From: an uncultured Nitrospinota bacterium
GTDB taxonomy: Bacteria > Tectomicrobia > Entotheonellia > J063 > CAVPRW01
NCBI GenBank assembly: GCA_963707985.1
Contig: CAVPRW010000043.1
Coordinates: 1 to 30,242, forward strand
Direction: 5' to 3'
Length of the DNA: 30,242 nucleotides
The notes beneath the pieces are model-generated. The model was given only the letters and a program-made list of their open reading frames with translations, searched no databases and was not told where the DNA came from. Shown one piece after another: positions 29,720-30,242 of the stretch (positions are counted from its first letter, which is position 1; every line of letters starts with the position of its first letter). Position numbers and translations under genes: made by a program.

Positions 29720-30112
29720 CTAACTAAGCGCCGCGAGATCCGTAGCCAGTCGCTTCTCCTCGCTCTCTGTCCTGCCGGACAGCGGTGCAGATAAGCGGAC
29801 GAGCATGCGAAGAAAGACGCGCTGGAGCGCGATGACAAGTGCAGTGAAAACAACAGAAAACATCAACCATGAGAGTGGCGGCCTATCGAACATCTGCGTG
29901 CCGGTCTTCATTCGGCCCGTCAGATACATGAAAGCAAAATATCCGAAGATGAAGCTGAACATGAGAGCAATACCCGGGTGGCAGGTGAACATATCTCGCG
30001 GGATCTTGAGCACTCGATTTTGGGCAACATACACATTGAACAAGGTGACGGGATAAGCCGGCACCACTCTCACAAGCGACTCAAACAATTCTTCAATGTC
30101 CTTGATCTTCAT
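29720..30112 (-). CDS. Cassette-borne hypothetical membrane protein, probably the 5' part of an IS-disrupted gene
   Basis: ATG 13 bp after the attC core; two hydrophobic segments; lower GC than the flanks. Confidence 0.6.
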   Translation of the reverse strand: MKIKDIEELFESLVRVVPAYPVTLFNVYVAQNRVLKIPRDMFTCHPGIALMFSFIFGYFAFMYLTGRMKTGTQMFDRPPLSWLMFSVVFTALVIALQRVFLRMLVRLSAPLSGRTESEEKRLATDLAALS

Positions 30113-30125
30113 AGAGCAGCTGTTG

Positions 30126-30216
30126 GCCGAACGCCCACGCGTCAGCTGCGGCGGCCATGGAGCATACCATGTTGAACAAACGCTCGCCCGGCGTCCGCTT
30201 GAGGCCATTGTTGGGC
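30126..30216 (-). repeat. attC site (91 bp)
   Basis: GCCCAAC AATGGCCTCAAGCGGACGCCGG...CCGCCGCAGCTGACGCGTGGGC GTTCGGC. Confidence 0.82.
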
Positions 30217-30242
30217 GGCGTACGGCGATAAGCGAAGAAGGC

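Noticed and set aside
1..30242. CRISPR array, tRNA or rRNA genes
   Set aside because: I saw no regularly spaced identical repeats or structural RNA signatures; the recurring hairpins are gene-spaced attC sites.

Overview
GC-rich bacterial DNA, heavily eroded by deletions, frameshifts and insertion sequences; most host genes are on the minus strand. 1-6.9 kb: a decayed large serine recombinase, a partly deleted DM13-GMC oxidoreductase-VOC-GH63 glucosidase cluster, sugE/gdx, a DUF1194 gene, and scraps of an IS701-like transposase and group II intron RTs. 6.9-19.4 kb: a phosphate-themed block with pyruvate kinase, ppk1, a truncated alkaline-phosphatase-family gene, a USP, an IS-interrupted pstS, a GT4 glycosyltransferase and a class III aminotransferase fused to an Mpo1/DUF962-like membrane domain; two 11-bp-period Pho-box-like repeats lie upstream of its operons. 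21.1-30.2 kb: a minus-strand integron cassette array with no integrase in the window, six full or partial attC sites, two PemK/MazF TA cassettes, an MNT-HEPN cassette and a membrane-protein cassette broken by two IS5-like elements. The most striking feature is a 2.4-kb tyrosine recombinase + IS91-like transposase element built like a cassette: it has its own attC-like hairpin and sits in inverted orientation exactly at the R'' core of a resident attC. All calls come from reading motifs by eye; no database searches were run, and some single-base frameshifts could be sequencing errors.
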